A program made the position numbers and the translations under genes. Source: Candidatus Binatia bacterium (GTDB taxonomy: Bacteria > Desulfobacterota > Binatia > Bin18). Taken from it: DNA of 36,900 bases. The notes beneath the pieces are model-generated. The model had not been told where the DNA came from and did no database searches. It saw nothing but the letters and a program-made list of their open reading frames with translations. Numbering within the stretch: position 1 is the stretch's first letter; the number at the start of each line of letters is the position of its first letter. Of the stretch, positions 17,183 to 25,836 are shown piece after piece. The stretch spans positions 1 through 36,900 of the forward strand of contig JBFWZL010000001.1 in the NCBI GenBank assembly GCA_050185455.1. The letters are read 5' to 3'.

Positions 17183-18577
17183 ATGGGCAGGACATCGAGA
17201 ATATGCATTGGCAGCTGGGGCGTCAACCTTCTTGTGTTGATGGCCCTGCCCCTGGCCGCCTTCGCCGCGGACCCGGCTGCCAATCTCAAGACGACACCCA
17301 CCTGGCGCACCGTGGCCGAGTTGACCGTAGCGGAGCGGACGCTCGTCGATTGGCGGGCTGAAACGCCCCGCAACGCCACCTTCCCCTACATACCCGCGGA
17401 GCGCTACCCGTTTGAGCCCCCGTACACCGCCGAAGAGATGGGGTATCGGGCCATGGAATTTAGTCACTCGCCCCGCTGGTCCTGTAACCTCATCGATGTC
17501 ACCGGCACGCTCACCAGTGAGGGCTATCTGTTTACCTCTAAGCTCTACAGCCCGATTTTCTATGTCCCCAATGCCAAGGGGCTGACCGGCTTTGCCGGTG
17601 AACTCTATGGTACCAAGCCCGGCGAACCCACGCGCCAGGTTACCGGCCAGGATGTGTTTCCGCCGGAAAACTATGGCAATCAAATGGTGATGATCCAGTA
17701 TCGCACGGACCAGGAGCACTCAACCCGATGGAACCTCTTTTTCTACAGTGAGGGATTGCGTCGGGTGCGCCGCCAACCCTCACCCCGCCGTGGGGACAAA
17801 CTCGCGCAAGGCGCAGAAGGCTTGGATGACGTCTTCGGGCGCGACCCTTGGGAATTCAGGTGGGAGCTGCTGGGCACGGACGTGCTGTTTCAGACCGTAC
17901 GCTTTCCGGTGACCCGCCCCACGGTCACTCTGGCGCGGCCCGATGGCACGTTCTACCCCGTTGCCCCCAAAGATTTACGCCTCATGGGGGAGGAGTATCC
18001 CTTTTACACCCCTGAAAGAGGGGTCAAGTGTTGGGTGGTCAAAGCCCAGGTCAAAGAGGACTGGTTGCCCCACTACTATGCGTCCACGATCCTGTACTGG
18101 CTTGATCAGCACTATTTCTATCCGCTACGCATTGAACAGTACGACACAGCGGGGAATCTCATCTTTATCGAAACACGCCTGGCTAAACTGCTCAACCCGG
18201 CCATGGGCGACAAGGGGTATGGGATGCTCTTCAATCACTATTGGGACGTGACCCTCGACTACATGCGCTACAGCGTGCACGACGCCCATGAGGTGCGGGA
18301 GTGGTCCAAGCGCGACCAAGAAGTCTTTTTCAATCCGGCGGTCCTGCCGCGGAAGTGGTATTTTGCGCCGCTCAAGAGTCAGGCAGAGGTGACTGCTGCT
18401 GACCAGTATTTTCTCCGTCCGGCGCTTGATCGCGACAAGTTCCCTGGGCACCGAAAGATTGTGCTGCCGCCAGAACTCGCGGCCCGCATTCAGGCCCAAG
18501 AAGCCAAGGGGCATCTAGTCTTTGACGCACAAGAGCAGGCATTGACCTCTACCGTAAGGGGGAAAGAGGACAGATGA
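17183..18577 (+). CDS. DUF1329 family protein (second, orphan copy)
   Basis: Signal peptide MGRTSRICIGSWGVNLLVLMALPLAAFA|AD. Collinear similarity to the 2394 gene along the whole length. No DUF1302 partner follows. Confidence 0.7.
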   Translation: MGRTSRICIGSWGVNLLVLMALPLAAFAADPAANLKTTPTWRTVAELTVAERTLVDWRAETPRNATFPYIPAERYPFEPPYTAEEMGYRAMEFSHSPRWSCNLIDVTGTLTSEGYLFTSKLYSPIFYVPNAKGLTGFAGELYGTKPGEPTRQVTGQDVFPPENYGNQMVMIQYRTDQEHSTRWNLFFYSEGLRRVRRQPSPRRGDKLAQGAEGLDDVFGRDPWEFRWELLGTDVLFQTVRFPVTRPTVTLARPDGTFYPVAPKDLRLMGEEYPFYTPERGVKCWVVKAQVKEDWLPHYYASTILYWLDQHYFYPLRIEQYDTAGNLIFIETRLAKLLNPAMGDKGYGMLFNHYWDVTLDYMRYSVHDAHEVREWSKRDQEVFFNPAVLPRKWYFAPLKSQAEVTAADQYFLRPALDRDKFPGHRKIVLPPELAARIQAQEAKGHLVFDAQEQALTSTVRGKEDR

Positions 18578-18606
18578 GGGGAAGTACAGCAGTGACGAGC
18601 CGCACT

Positions 18607-18754
18607 ATGAGCGAACATGAGTGTGAGGACATTCGTGCGCGCTTCCACCTAATCGCCAAGGAAAAAATTGCCGCGCCGGACTGTTAGGAAGCTGACGATT
18701 CCCAAAGAGTTCGGCGACCTCGGCGGCGGCACTGTAGACAACATTTTGAGATGA
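18607..18754 (+). pseudogene. decayed acyl-CoA dehydrogenase N-terminal relic
   Basis: MSEHECEDIRARFHLIAKEKIAAPDC* (18607-18687) resembles the ACAD '..EEHE.IRD.VR.FA.EKIAP' start. In a shifted frame, KLTIPKEFGDLGGGTVDNILR* (18689-18754) resembles the ACAD 'GLTIPEEYGGLG' segment. The intervening ~30 residues are missing. Confidence 0.4.
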
Positions 18755-18775
18755 ACCGAAAAGGAGGAGACTCGC

Positions 18776-19960
18776 ATGGCGCAGCAGAAGCAAGTAGAGA
18801 CCGAACTGGTGATGGGCTGGGAGAGCCGCAAACGGCTACAAGCAAAAGGCTTCACCAACAAAGAAGGCCAGATCTTCCGGGCCATGGCCCCGGTGCTGGA
18901 GCAGGAAGGGCTGATTACGCCGACGCCGGCATCCTATGTGGTCCAACATTTTGACGTACCCGCCGTGATGCGTCCGGAAGACTGGAAGGTGACCATTGGC
19001 GGTCACGTCAAACAGCCAGTGACGCTGACCTATAATGACCTGCGCGAGCTGCCGGGCCGCACGGTGCGCATGGTCATGGAATGCTCGGGTAACGACGCGC
19101 AATTCTTCGATGCGCAGTACGCCGAGCGCTTTATCGGCCTCATGCGCTATCTCGATCCCGATTATCAGGGGAAGCGCTGGCAGGGAGGACTCATCTCGGC
19201 GGGAGAGTTTACTGGCGTGCCGTTAGCCAGTGTGCTGGAGAGAGCCGGACTCAAACCTAATGCCGTCAATGTGCGTGTGGAGGGGACGGATCGCGGCGCG
19301 CCCGACCTGGTTATGCATGGTCTGCCGCCATCAGACACCCCGGTGCCGCCGTTTAACTATGACAAAGGTCTGCCCATGGAGAAGGCGTTGCATCCGGATA
19401 CTATTCTGGCCTGGGCGCAAAACGGCGAAGCCCTGGACCACGTTCATGGCGCGCCGGTGCGGTTGGTCGTGCCCGGCTGGCCAGGGAACTGGTCGGTGAA
19501 GTGGGTGCAACGCATCGAGGTGCTCGATCGTCCGGCGACCTGCTGGTACCAGACCGAGTACTATTACTATAGTCAGTCGCCAGACGATCCCCAGCGCGAG
19601 ATCATTACGACCCTGCCCGTCAAATCGATGGTGACCTACCCCAAAGACGACAATCCGACGCTGTCACGCGGTCGCCATGTCCTGCGAGGGTTTGCGTGGA
19701 GTGGCGCGGGGGCGATTACGCGTGTGGAAGTCAGCCTGGATGACGGTAAGACCTGGCAGGCGGCGCATCTGGAAGAGCCGCGAGAGAAATGGTTGTGGAC
19801 GCGTTGGTCGCTACCGTGGGATTTTCAAGCACCAGGGCAATACGCGATTCTGTGTCGCGCCACGGATGAAGCCGGACGGGTACAGAGCCGCGAGGCGCGG
19901 TGGAACCAGTTGCGCAAGAACTTCGATGGCATCGTGCCGGTGCAGGTGACGATCGCATAG
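18776..19960 (+). CDS. sulfite-oxidase-fold molybdopterin oxidoreductase (SUOX family), no signal peptide
   Basis: 'ITPTPASYVVQHFDVP', 'WKVTIGGHVKQPVTLTYNDLRELP', the Mo-ligand cysteine context 'VMECSGN', and a dimerisation-domain motif 'RGFAWSGAGAITRVEVSLDDGKTWQAAHL'. The N-terminus is hydrophilic, with no Sec or Tat signal, and there is no heme domain. Confidence 0.85.
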   Translation: MAQQKQVETELVMGWESRKRLQAKGFTNKEGQIFRAMAPVLEQEGLITPTPASYVVQHFDVPAVMRPEDWKVTIGGHVKQPVTLTYNDLRELPGRTVRMVMECSGNDAQFFDAQYAERFIGLMRYLDPDYQGKRWQGGLISAGEFTGVPLASVLERAGLKPNAVNVRVEGTDRGAPDLVMHGLPPSDTPVPPFNYDKGLPMEKALHPDTILAWAQNGEALDHVHGAPVRLVVPGWPGNWSVKWVQRIEVLDRPATCWYQTEYYYYSQSPDDPQREIITTLPVKSMVTYPKDDNPTLSRGRHVLRGFAWSGAGAITRVEVSLDDGKTWQAAHLEEPREKWLWTRWSLPWDFQAPGQYAILCRATDEAGRVQSREARWNQLRKNFDGIVPVQVTIA

Positions 19961-19984
19961 TACGATTAAGAATAAGGAGCGTGT

Positions 19985-20863
19985 ATGTTCGATCTCAATA
20001 CCCTTCCGCAACTGATTCGCCGCGACATTGAGCACGGTGAAAGCAATTTCCCTACTATTCCCGATGACGTACCTGCCGTGGTGGAAATCGACCCAAGCTG
20101 GAAGCGGCAGTGGCTAGCCGCGCGGGCTCGGGTGCGGCAGGAGGGGCCGACCTATGAGGGCTTGGACGCCAAACGTCAACGGTACTTCGCCCGCTACCTG
20201 GCCGTGGTCGGTTTAGCCGAGCTGGAAATGATCGTCCTGGGCTGCACCTACGCCGCCACGCACTACGAAATGCCGGCGGCCTGGCGCACCTGCCTGATCA
20301 AACAGGCGTATGAGGACATGCAACACGCGGCCAGCTACATCACCCGCGGCTGCAAACTGAGCGGGGAGAACTATTGGAACGGCATCGCGGACGTGCCCTA
20401 TCGTGAGAATATCGCTAAGACATACCATCCCATCTTGCGGCGCGACCTCGGCGGGTTTTTCGCCGCGATTGGTCTGCATACCGAAGCCTATCCGGCGGAG
20501 ACCAACATCTTAGAGCCCTTTGCGTTGGACCCGGTGTTGGTGCGCTGGATGCCCAATGAGATTCAAGAGGAAGCTGGGCATCTGACGTTTCTCTATCCGG
20601 CGATGCGCGAGTATGTACACAGCGGCACGCCAGAGGAACAGGACCGGCGCAATCGACAAATGGTGGCGGACAATGAAACGCTGCTGGAAACGGCGATGGA
20701 GGCCAACCGCCGCAATGCTGAGACCTTTGTGGTGGGCAAGCTGGGCATGGACCCGGCAGTGATGGAAGCGTTCGCGCATATTCCTGAGCGTACGCGTTAT
20801 ATCTTCCAGACTATCGGTATCGAAGAGAGTTACTGGCCGCGGTATCTGAAAAAGAGCGATTAG
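19985..20863 (+). CDS. uncharacterised ferritin-like diiron-pattern protein (paralog of 13431)
   Basis: 292 aa, roughly half the residues identical to 13431-14321 by eye. Shared blocks include GCTYAAT.Y.MPAAWRTC.IKQAY.DMQHA, ILRRDLGGF..AIGLHTEAYPA, EI..EA.HLTFL, PEEQDRR.RQMV.DNE and IGIEESYWP.YLK. It starts 24 nt after the SUOX-like gene. Confidence 0.6.
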   Translation: MFDLNTLPQLIRRDIEHGESNFPTIPDDVPAVVEIDPSWKRQWLAARARVRQEGPTYEGLDAKRQRYFARYLAVVGLAELEMIVLGCTYAATHYEMPAAWRTCLIKQAYEDMQHAASYITRGCKLSGENYWNGIADVPYRENIAKTYHPILRRDLGGFFAAIGLHTEAYPAETNILEPFALDPVLVRWMPNEIQEEAGHLTFLYPAMREYVHSGTPEEQDRRNRQMVADNETLLETAMEANRRNAETFVVGKLGMDPAVMEAFAHIPERTRYIFQTIGIEESYWPRYLKKSD

Positions 20864-20988
20864 CACTCAGCGTTCAGCCGTCAGCTTTTTACAGAGGGAA
20901 ACGGTGAAACGGGGAGAAGAAACCCCCGACTGCCCGGTTCTTGTCTTGTGCTGAAAGCTGATAGCTATTTTTCAAAGGAGGGACACTT

Positions 20989-22686
20989 ATGGCGACCATG
21001 ATTAGCGCGCAGGCGCTCAAGACACTTATGGAGAGTGACGCATTGTATGCCGTGCTCGATGTGCGTGACTGGGGTGAGTTTACGCTGGGGCAGATTCCCG
21101 AGACGCTCTCCCTGCCGCGCGGACATCTGGAAAAATACATTGCCGTGCTGGTCCCTAAGAAAGACAGCCACGTCATTCTCTACTGTGACGCTGGCCAACG
21201 CTCAGCTCGCGCTGCCGCGACGCTAGAGTCGCTTGGCTATACGAACGCGTCAGTCTTAGATGGCGGCCTGCGCAGTTGGAAAGCGGCCGGCTATGAGACG
21301 ATCCACGGCTGGAGTTTGCGCGGCAAGGAATATGGGGAACGGTTACAGGTGGAGGAAGACATCCCGGAGCTGACGGCGGAAGAACTCCATACCCGGCTCG
21401 CACAGGGCGAGAAGCTCTACATTCTCGACACGCGGACCGAACCTGAGTTTCTGAACTCGCATCTGCCCGGGGCGTATAGCACGCCCGGCGGCCAGCTTCC
21501 GGTCACCGTCACGGATATCGTGCGGGAGCGGAGCATTCCCATCGTGACGACCTGCGCCGGTCGCACGCGGAGCTTGCTTGGCGCTCATTTGCTGCGGCGG
21601 ATGGGATTTCCCCAGGTGTACGCGCTCAAAGGGGGCACGGGCGCGTGGCGTATCGCTGGGTATGGCGGCGAATTACAGTCAGGCCCGGGCGTCCCTGTTC
21701 CACCGATCTCGGCGGTGGGGCAGGCGGCCTGCGCCCAGTTTGCCGAACGGGTTACTACTGAAGACAGCATCCCTTTCATGTCCCCGCGTGAACTCAAAAC
21801 TCGACAGGAACAGGGGGAACTGTGCTACTTACTGGATGTGCGTCAGCTCGACGAATATCGCGTCGGTCATGTTCCCGGCGCGCGCTTCTGTCCAGGGACG
21901 CAGGCTGCGTTATTGGTCGAGTGTTTCGTTGGCGTCAAGAATGCCGCCATTGTGACGACGTGCGATAGCCGGGCGCGCGGCATTCTGGCCGCCGCTCTGT
22001 TTAAAGACATGGGCTACCCCCACGTATTCGTGCTCGACGGCGGAACGACGGCGTGGACTGCAAACGGGTTTGCGCTGGAAACGGGTGACCCGCACGAAGT
22101 CGATTATGGCCAGCCGGGTTGGCTGGCTCGACTCCTCCTCGGGCTTCCTGCCGGGGTGGAATCGCAAGCACTGCCGGTCCCCGGTTTGGCTGAGGCGCGC
22201 GCGCAGACGAATTTTATCGCTCTAGGGGCATTACAAGCTCGGCTCGCTACTGGTGAACGGTGTGCGTTACTGGATCTGCGCAGTGCTGGAGACTTCGCCA
22301 CCGCCCATATCCCTGGCGCCCGCTGGCTGTCGCGTGGGAAGTTGGATCTCGAGGTCGAGCAGGAAGCGCCGGACAAGAATGCCGAAGTAGTGCTCTATTG
22401 TCGCAAAGGCGCGGAATCCACGCTATCCATGCCAATGCTGAAAGCCTTGGGCTACCACAGCGTGTCCGTCCGTGAAGGCGGTTTCGAGGCATGGAAGGGA
22501 GCAGGGCTTCCGACCGAGCAAGGGTTAGGAGCACAAGCCGAATTTGAGGAACTGGCGATTGCGGAAGTCGGATTGCTCGGCAGTGGACCGTATGGCTACA
22601 ACAATGAACGCATGGCCAAGTATTTGAAGGATGAGGAAGAACTAGGCGCGAAGTTCCGGCGAAGGACCGAGCGACCACAGGCATAA
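20989..22686 (+). CDS. four-domain rhodanese-like sulfurtransferase
   Basis: Four tandem rhodanese modules each retain an active-site Cys loop: 'YCDAGQRS', 'TCAGRTRS', 'TCDSRARG' and 'YCRKGAES'. Each is followed by the (L/V).GG...W motif. A ~60-aa charged C-terminal tail follows. Confidence 0.85.
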   Translation: MATMISAQALKTLMESDALYAVLDVRDWGEFTLGQIPETLSLPRGHLEKYIAVLVPKKDSHVILYCDAGQRSARAAATLESLGYTNASVLDGGLRSWKAAGYETIHGWSLRGKEYGERLQVEEDIPELTAEELHTRLAQGEKLYILDTRTEPEFLNSHLPGAYSTPGGQLPVTVTDIVRERSIPIVTTCAGRTRSLLGAHLLRRMGFPQVYALKGGTGAWRIAGYGGELQSGPGVPVPPISAVGQAACAQFAERVTTEDSIPFMSPRELKTRQEQGELCYLLDVRQLDEYRVGHVPGARFCPGTQAALLVECFVGVKNAAIVTTCDSRARGILAAALFKDMGYPHVFVLDGGTTAWTANGFALETGDPHEVDYGQPGWLARLLLGLPAGVESQALPVPGLAEARAQTNFIALGALQARLATGERCALLDLRSAGDFATAHIPGARWLSRGKLDLEVEQEAPDKNAEVVLYCRKGAESTLSMPMLKALGYHSVSVREGGFEAWKGAGLPTEQGLGAQAEFEELAIAEVGLLGSGPYGYNNERMAKYLKDEEELGAKFRRRTERPQA

Positions 22687-22704
22687 CGAAAAAAAGGAGA
22701 ACTC

Positions 22705-24225
22705 ATGCTTCCGTGTTTTCTCGACTGCCAACCATTTAGCGTCGTTCTCGACGCGCTCCAGGACGGGGTGGCGGTCTATGATCGAGACGGTGCTCTCATT
22801 TGGATCAACAGCAAAGCTTGTCAAATCCTGGGCATGCCGAGAGAAGAGCTGCTCGGACGTAACGTGAGTGAGATCTCCACCTTACCGACCGTGCGGGCTA
22901 TCGTTGCTCCTGAACTCGCGGGTTACTCGCTCAGCGAGATCCGCGCTCGCTTTACCCGCCTCCAAGACTACACCTCGCCCGGCTACATGGTGTTTACCAA
23001 CGGCAAGCAGATGCTCTACATGGGCGCAAACGTACGTGACGAACAGGGGACGATCCAATATGCCATTGCCACCATTCGTGATGTCACCGATCTCAATGAG
23101 GCAAGAAAAAAAGTCGACGAACTGCAGAAATTGACCTCACTCTACCAGGCGCAACTGCGCACTTTGCACACCCAGGTTTTGGGGCGAGATATCGTCTACC
23201 AAGGCGAGGTCATGCGCAAAGTATTGGAGCGCACGCTGCGCCTGGCGCGCCTCGACGGCAACATCCTGCTGACCGGAGAGACTGGTGTTGGGAAAACCTT
23301 GCTGGCCCGCTACATCCATGTGATGAGCCGCCGCGCCCAGGGGCCCTTCATCCATGTGAATTGCGCCAGTTTGCCAGAGTCGCTGATTGAGGCGGAGCTG
23401 TTCGGCTATAGCGAAGGCTCCTTTACCGGCGCTTCACGCAAGGGGCGCAAAGGCGTGATCGAGATAGGGCACGGAGGAACGGTCTTTCTGGACGAGATCG
23501 GCGACATGCCGATGGCGATGCAGGCCAAGCTGCTTACGGTCTTGGAAGACAAAGTGCTGCGACGGATTGGCGGGGAGAAATGGGTCACCCTCGATGTCCG
23601 GTTTCTGGCGGCCACAAACAAGGGGCCGGACGCGTTGCTGCAGGGTAAAGTGTTGCGCGAGGATCTGTACTACCGGTTGGCGACCAACCGGATAGACATC
23701 CCGCCTTTACGGGAACGGTCGGAGGACGTTCCCAGCCTCATCGACCATGCCTTGGCCGAATTCAATGAGCAGAACGGAACCCACCTGTCCTTCCACCCCG
23801 ATCTGGTGCATCAGTTACAGGGAATGTCCTGGTCGGGCAATGTACGCGAACTGAAGAACGTGGTGTGGCAGATCGCCTCGGAGAACGAAGGGGAGGATGG
23901 AGCGGTCACGCTCCAGATGCTTCCCGCTGATTTGATGGGAGCGTTGGTGGACGCAAATGGGCTCGCTGGAATGAGTTCACAGTTTGTTATTTCCTCTGCT
24001 AGACACGACGCCGACGAGGCGCAGCGCTGGCGTGAGCTGTGTCAACAATACGCGGGGAATGTGCACGCTATCGCCGATGCGTTGGGCCTCCACAGAACCA
24101 CCGTGATCCGCAAGCTCAAGAGTTATGGGTTGCGGTATGCGCGGAAGAAGTCTGCCCGTTCGCCCCGCGCCGAGACCGCTGCATCTGCTGCAGCTCCTGT
24201 GCCCGTCAACGGACGCCATTCCTAG
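22705..24225 (+). CDS. sigma-54-dependent transcriptional activator with N-terminal PAS domain
   Basis: PAS-like N-terminus (LDALQDGVAVYDRDGALIWINSKACQILG). AAA+ core with 'GETGVGKT', a 'GSFTGA' loop (23416-23433) and 'VFLDEIGDM'. C-terminal Fis-type HTH (IADALGLHRTTVIRKLKSYGL). No receiver domain. Confidence 0.9.
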   Translation: MLPCFLDCQPFSVVLDALQDGVAVYDRDGALIWINSKACQILGMPREELLGRNVSEISTLPTVRAIVAPELAGYSLSEIRARFTRLQDYTSPGYMVFTNGKQMLYMGANVRDEQGTIQYAIATIRDVTDLNEARKKVDELQKLTSLYQAQLRTLHTQVLGRDIVYQGEVMRKVLERTLRLARLDGNILLTGETGVGKTLLARYIHVMSRRAQGPFIHVNCASLPESLIEAELFGYSEGSFTGASRKGRKGVIEIGHGGTVFLDEIGDMPMAMQAKLLTVLEDKVLRRIGGEKWVTLDVRFLAATNKGPDALLQGKVLREDLYYRLATNRIDIPPLRERSEDVPSLIDHALAEFNEQNGTHLSFHPDLVHQLQGMSWSGNVRELKNVVWQIASENEGEDGAVTLQMLPADLMGALVDANGLAGMSSQFVISSARHDADEAQRWRELCQQYAGNVHAIADALGLHRTTVIRKLKSYGLRYARKKSARSPRAETAASAAAPVPVNGRHS

Positions 24226-24277
24226 AGGAGCGGCAGAGAGAAAGAAGAGAGATAGAGAAGGCTGAAAACTGATCGCT

Positions 24278-25816
24278 ATGATTGAACCAATGACGAAGGA
24301 AACGCTCCCAGCCACCTGGGCGAAAGTCATCGACCACACCAAGTGTATCGGCTGTCACGCCTGTAGCACCGCATGTAAATCGGAAAATCAGGTGCCGCTG
24401 TCAGTCAACCGCACCTACGTCAAATATGTTGATGTGGGCGTGTTCCCACACGTGCGGCGGGCGTTTCAGGTCACCCGCTGTAATCAATGCGCGGATCCAC
24501 CGTGCGTCTCCGCCTGCCCGACGGCGGCGATGTACGCCCGGCCTGACGGCATTGTCGATTTCGATAAATCCGTGTGCATCGGTTGTAAAGCCTGCATCGC
24601 GGCTTGTCCCTATGACGCGATCTTTATCAATCCGGAAGACCATGCAGCCGAGAAGTGCAACTTTTGCGCTCACCGTATCGACATCGGGCTCGAACCGGCA
24701 TGTGTGATTGTCTGTCCCACCGAGGCGATTCTCATCGGTGACCTCAACGATGCCTCCTCGAAAGTAGCGCAAGTGGTTGGCCGCACCCCGGTCACCGTGC
24801 GCCGTCCGGAAAAAGAAACGCGCCCAAAGCTGTTTTACAAAGGCGCGCACCAGGCCACGCTTGATCCGCTGGCGGCGGAACGCCCCGGAGGCGGACTGTT
24901 TCTGTGGAGCGAGCAAGGAAAGGTGTCTCACCAGGTGACCTCTGGGCATCCTGGACACCAGAATTCCTCGGCCGCGGCCATGCTCTCGTATGACGTGCCG
25001 CATCGCGCGCCGTGGGACTGGCGGCTGAGCCTGTATACGTGGACGAAAGGCATGGCTTCAGGCGCTTACCTCATCCCTGCACTGCTCGTGCTGTTTGGCC
25101 TCTTACCGACGGAGAGCCCGCTGTGGCAATGGGTCACGCCACTCGTCGCCGGGCTCTTTCTCGCGCTCACCGGCCTGATCCTCATTGCCGACCTCGATCA
25201 TCCCGAACGGTTCTATCTCATCTTCACCCGTCGGCAGTGGAAAAGTTGGTTGGTGCGTGGTGCGTTTATCATCACTGGCTACGCGCTCGTCTTGGGCCTG
25301 CACTTCCTGGCCAGCTTTTGGCACGAAGCCGGTCAACCTCTTCAGACGGCCCTGACAGCGCTGGGGCTCCCTTTAAGTGTGATGACCGCTGTCTACACGG
25401 CCTATCTCTTTGCCCAGGCGGCGGCGCGTGACCTGTGGCAGAATCCCCTCCTGCCGTTCCACTTTTTCGTGCAAGCGCTACTGGCGGGCTCGGCGGTGTT
25501 GCTGCCGTGCGCGGCGATGTTTGCGCCAGAAGCGGCGCCGCCGCTGGCGTGGCTCCTCAGCGGGATCTGCCTGTTGCATCTTCTACTGGTGTTAAGCGAA
25601 GTCACGCTGGCGCACCCAACGGCGCATGCCCGGTTGGCTGCTGAAGAAATGACGGTGGGAGCTTTCCGTCAGTACTTCCGGGCTGGAGTCGCACTGGTAG
25701 TTGTGGGCATCGCTGCCCCGTGGATCGGCATTCCGGCGGTCCTACCAGCCCTTGCCGGACTGCTCGCCCATGAACATGCCTATGTGCAGGCCGGACAGGC
25801 TGTGCCCCTCGCATAA
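24278..25816 (+). CDS. fusion of a four-cluster [4Fe-4S] ferredoxin subunit (PsrB/DmsB/SoeB-like) to an NrfD/PsrC-type membrane anchor
   Basis: The N-terminal ~190 aa carry four Cys groups: CIGCHACSTAC, CNQCADPPCVSACP, CIGCKACIAACP and CNFCAHR...ACVIVCP. The C-terminal ~290 aa hold about eight hydrophobic helices and the NrfD-type 'ADLDHPERFY' motif. No signal peptide. Confidence 0.8.
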   Translation: MIEPMTKETLPATWAKVIDHTKCIGCHACSTACKSENQVPLSVNRTYVKYVDVGVFPHVRRAFQVTRCNQCADPPCVSACPTAAMYARPDGIVDFDKSVCIGCKACIAACPYDAIFINPEDHAAEKCNFCAHRIDIGLEPACVIVCPTEAILIGDLNDASSKVAQVVGRTPVTVRRPEKETRPKLFYKGAHQATLDPLAAERPGGGLFLWSEQGKVSHQVTSGHPGHQNSSAAAMLSYDVPHRAPWDWRLSLYTWTKGMASGAYLIPALLVLFGLLPTESPLWQWVTPLVAGLFLALTGLILIADLDHPERFYLIFTRRQWKSWLVRGAFIITGYALVLGLHFLASFWHEAGQPLQTALTALGLPLSVMTAVYTAYLFAQAAARDLWQNPLLPFHFFVQALLAGSAVLLPCAAMFAPEAAPPLAWLLSGICLLHLLLVLSEVTLAHPTAHARLAAEEMTVGAFRQYFRAGVALVVVGIAAPWIGIPAVLPALAGLLAHEHAYVQAGQAVPLA

Positions 25817-25836
25817 TGATGAGAAGGAGGAAGAGC

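Noticed and set aside
25816-25836. 'MMRRRKS' at the upstream ATG of the molybdoenzyme as a twin-arginine signal
   Set aside because: No hydrophobic h-region or AxA site follows; the next ~40 residues are charged. The AAGGAGG RBS supports ATG 25837 instead. The protein is treated as Tat-less.
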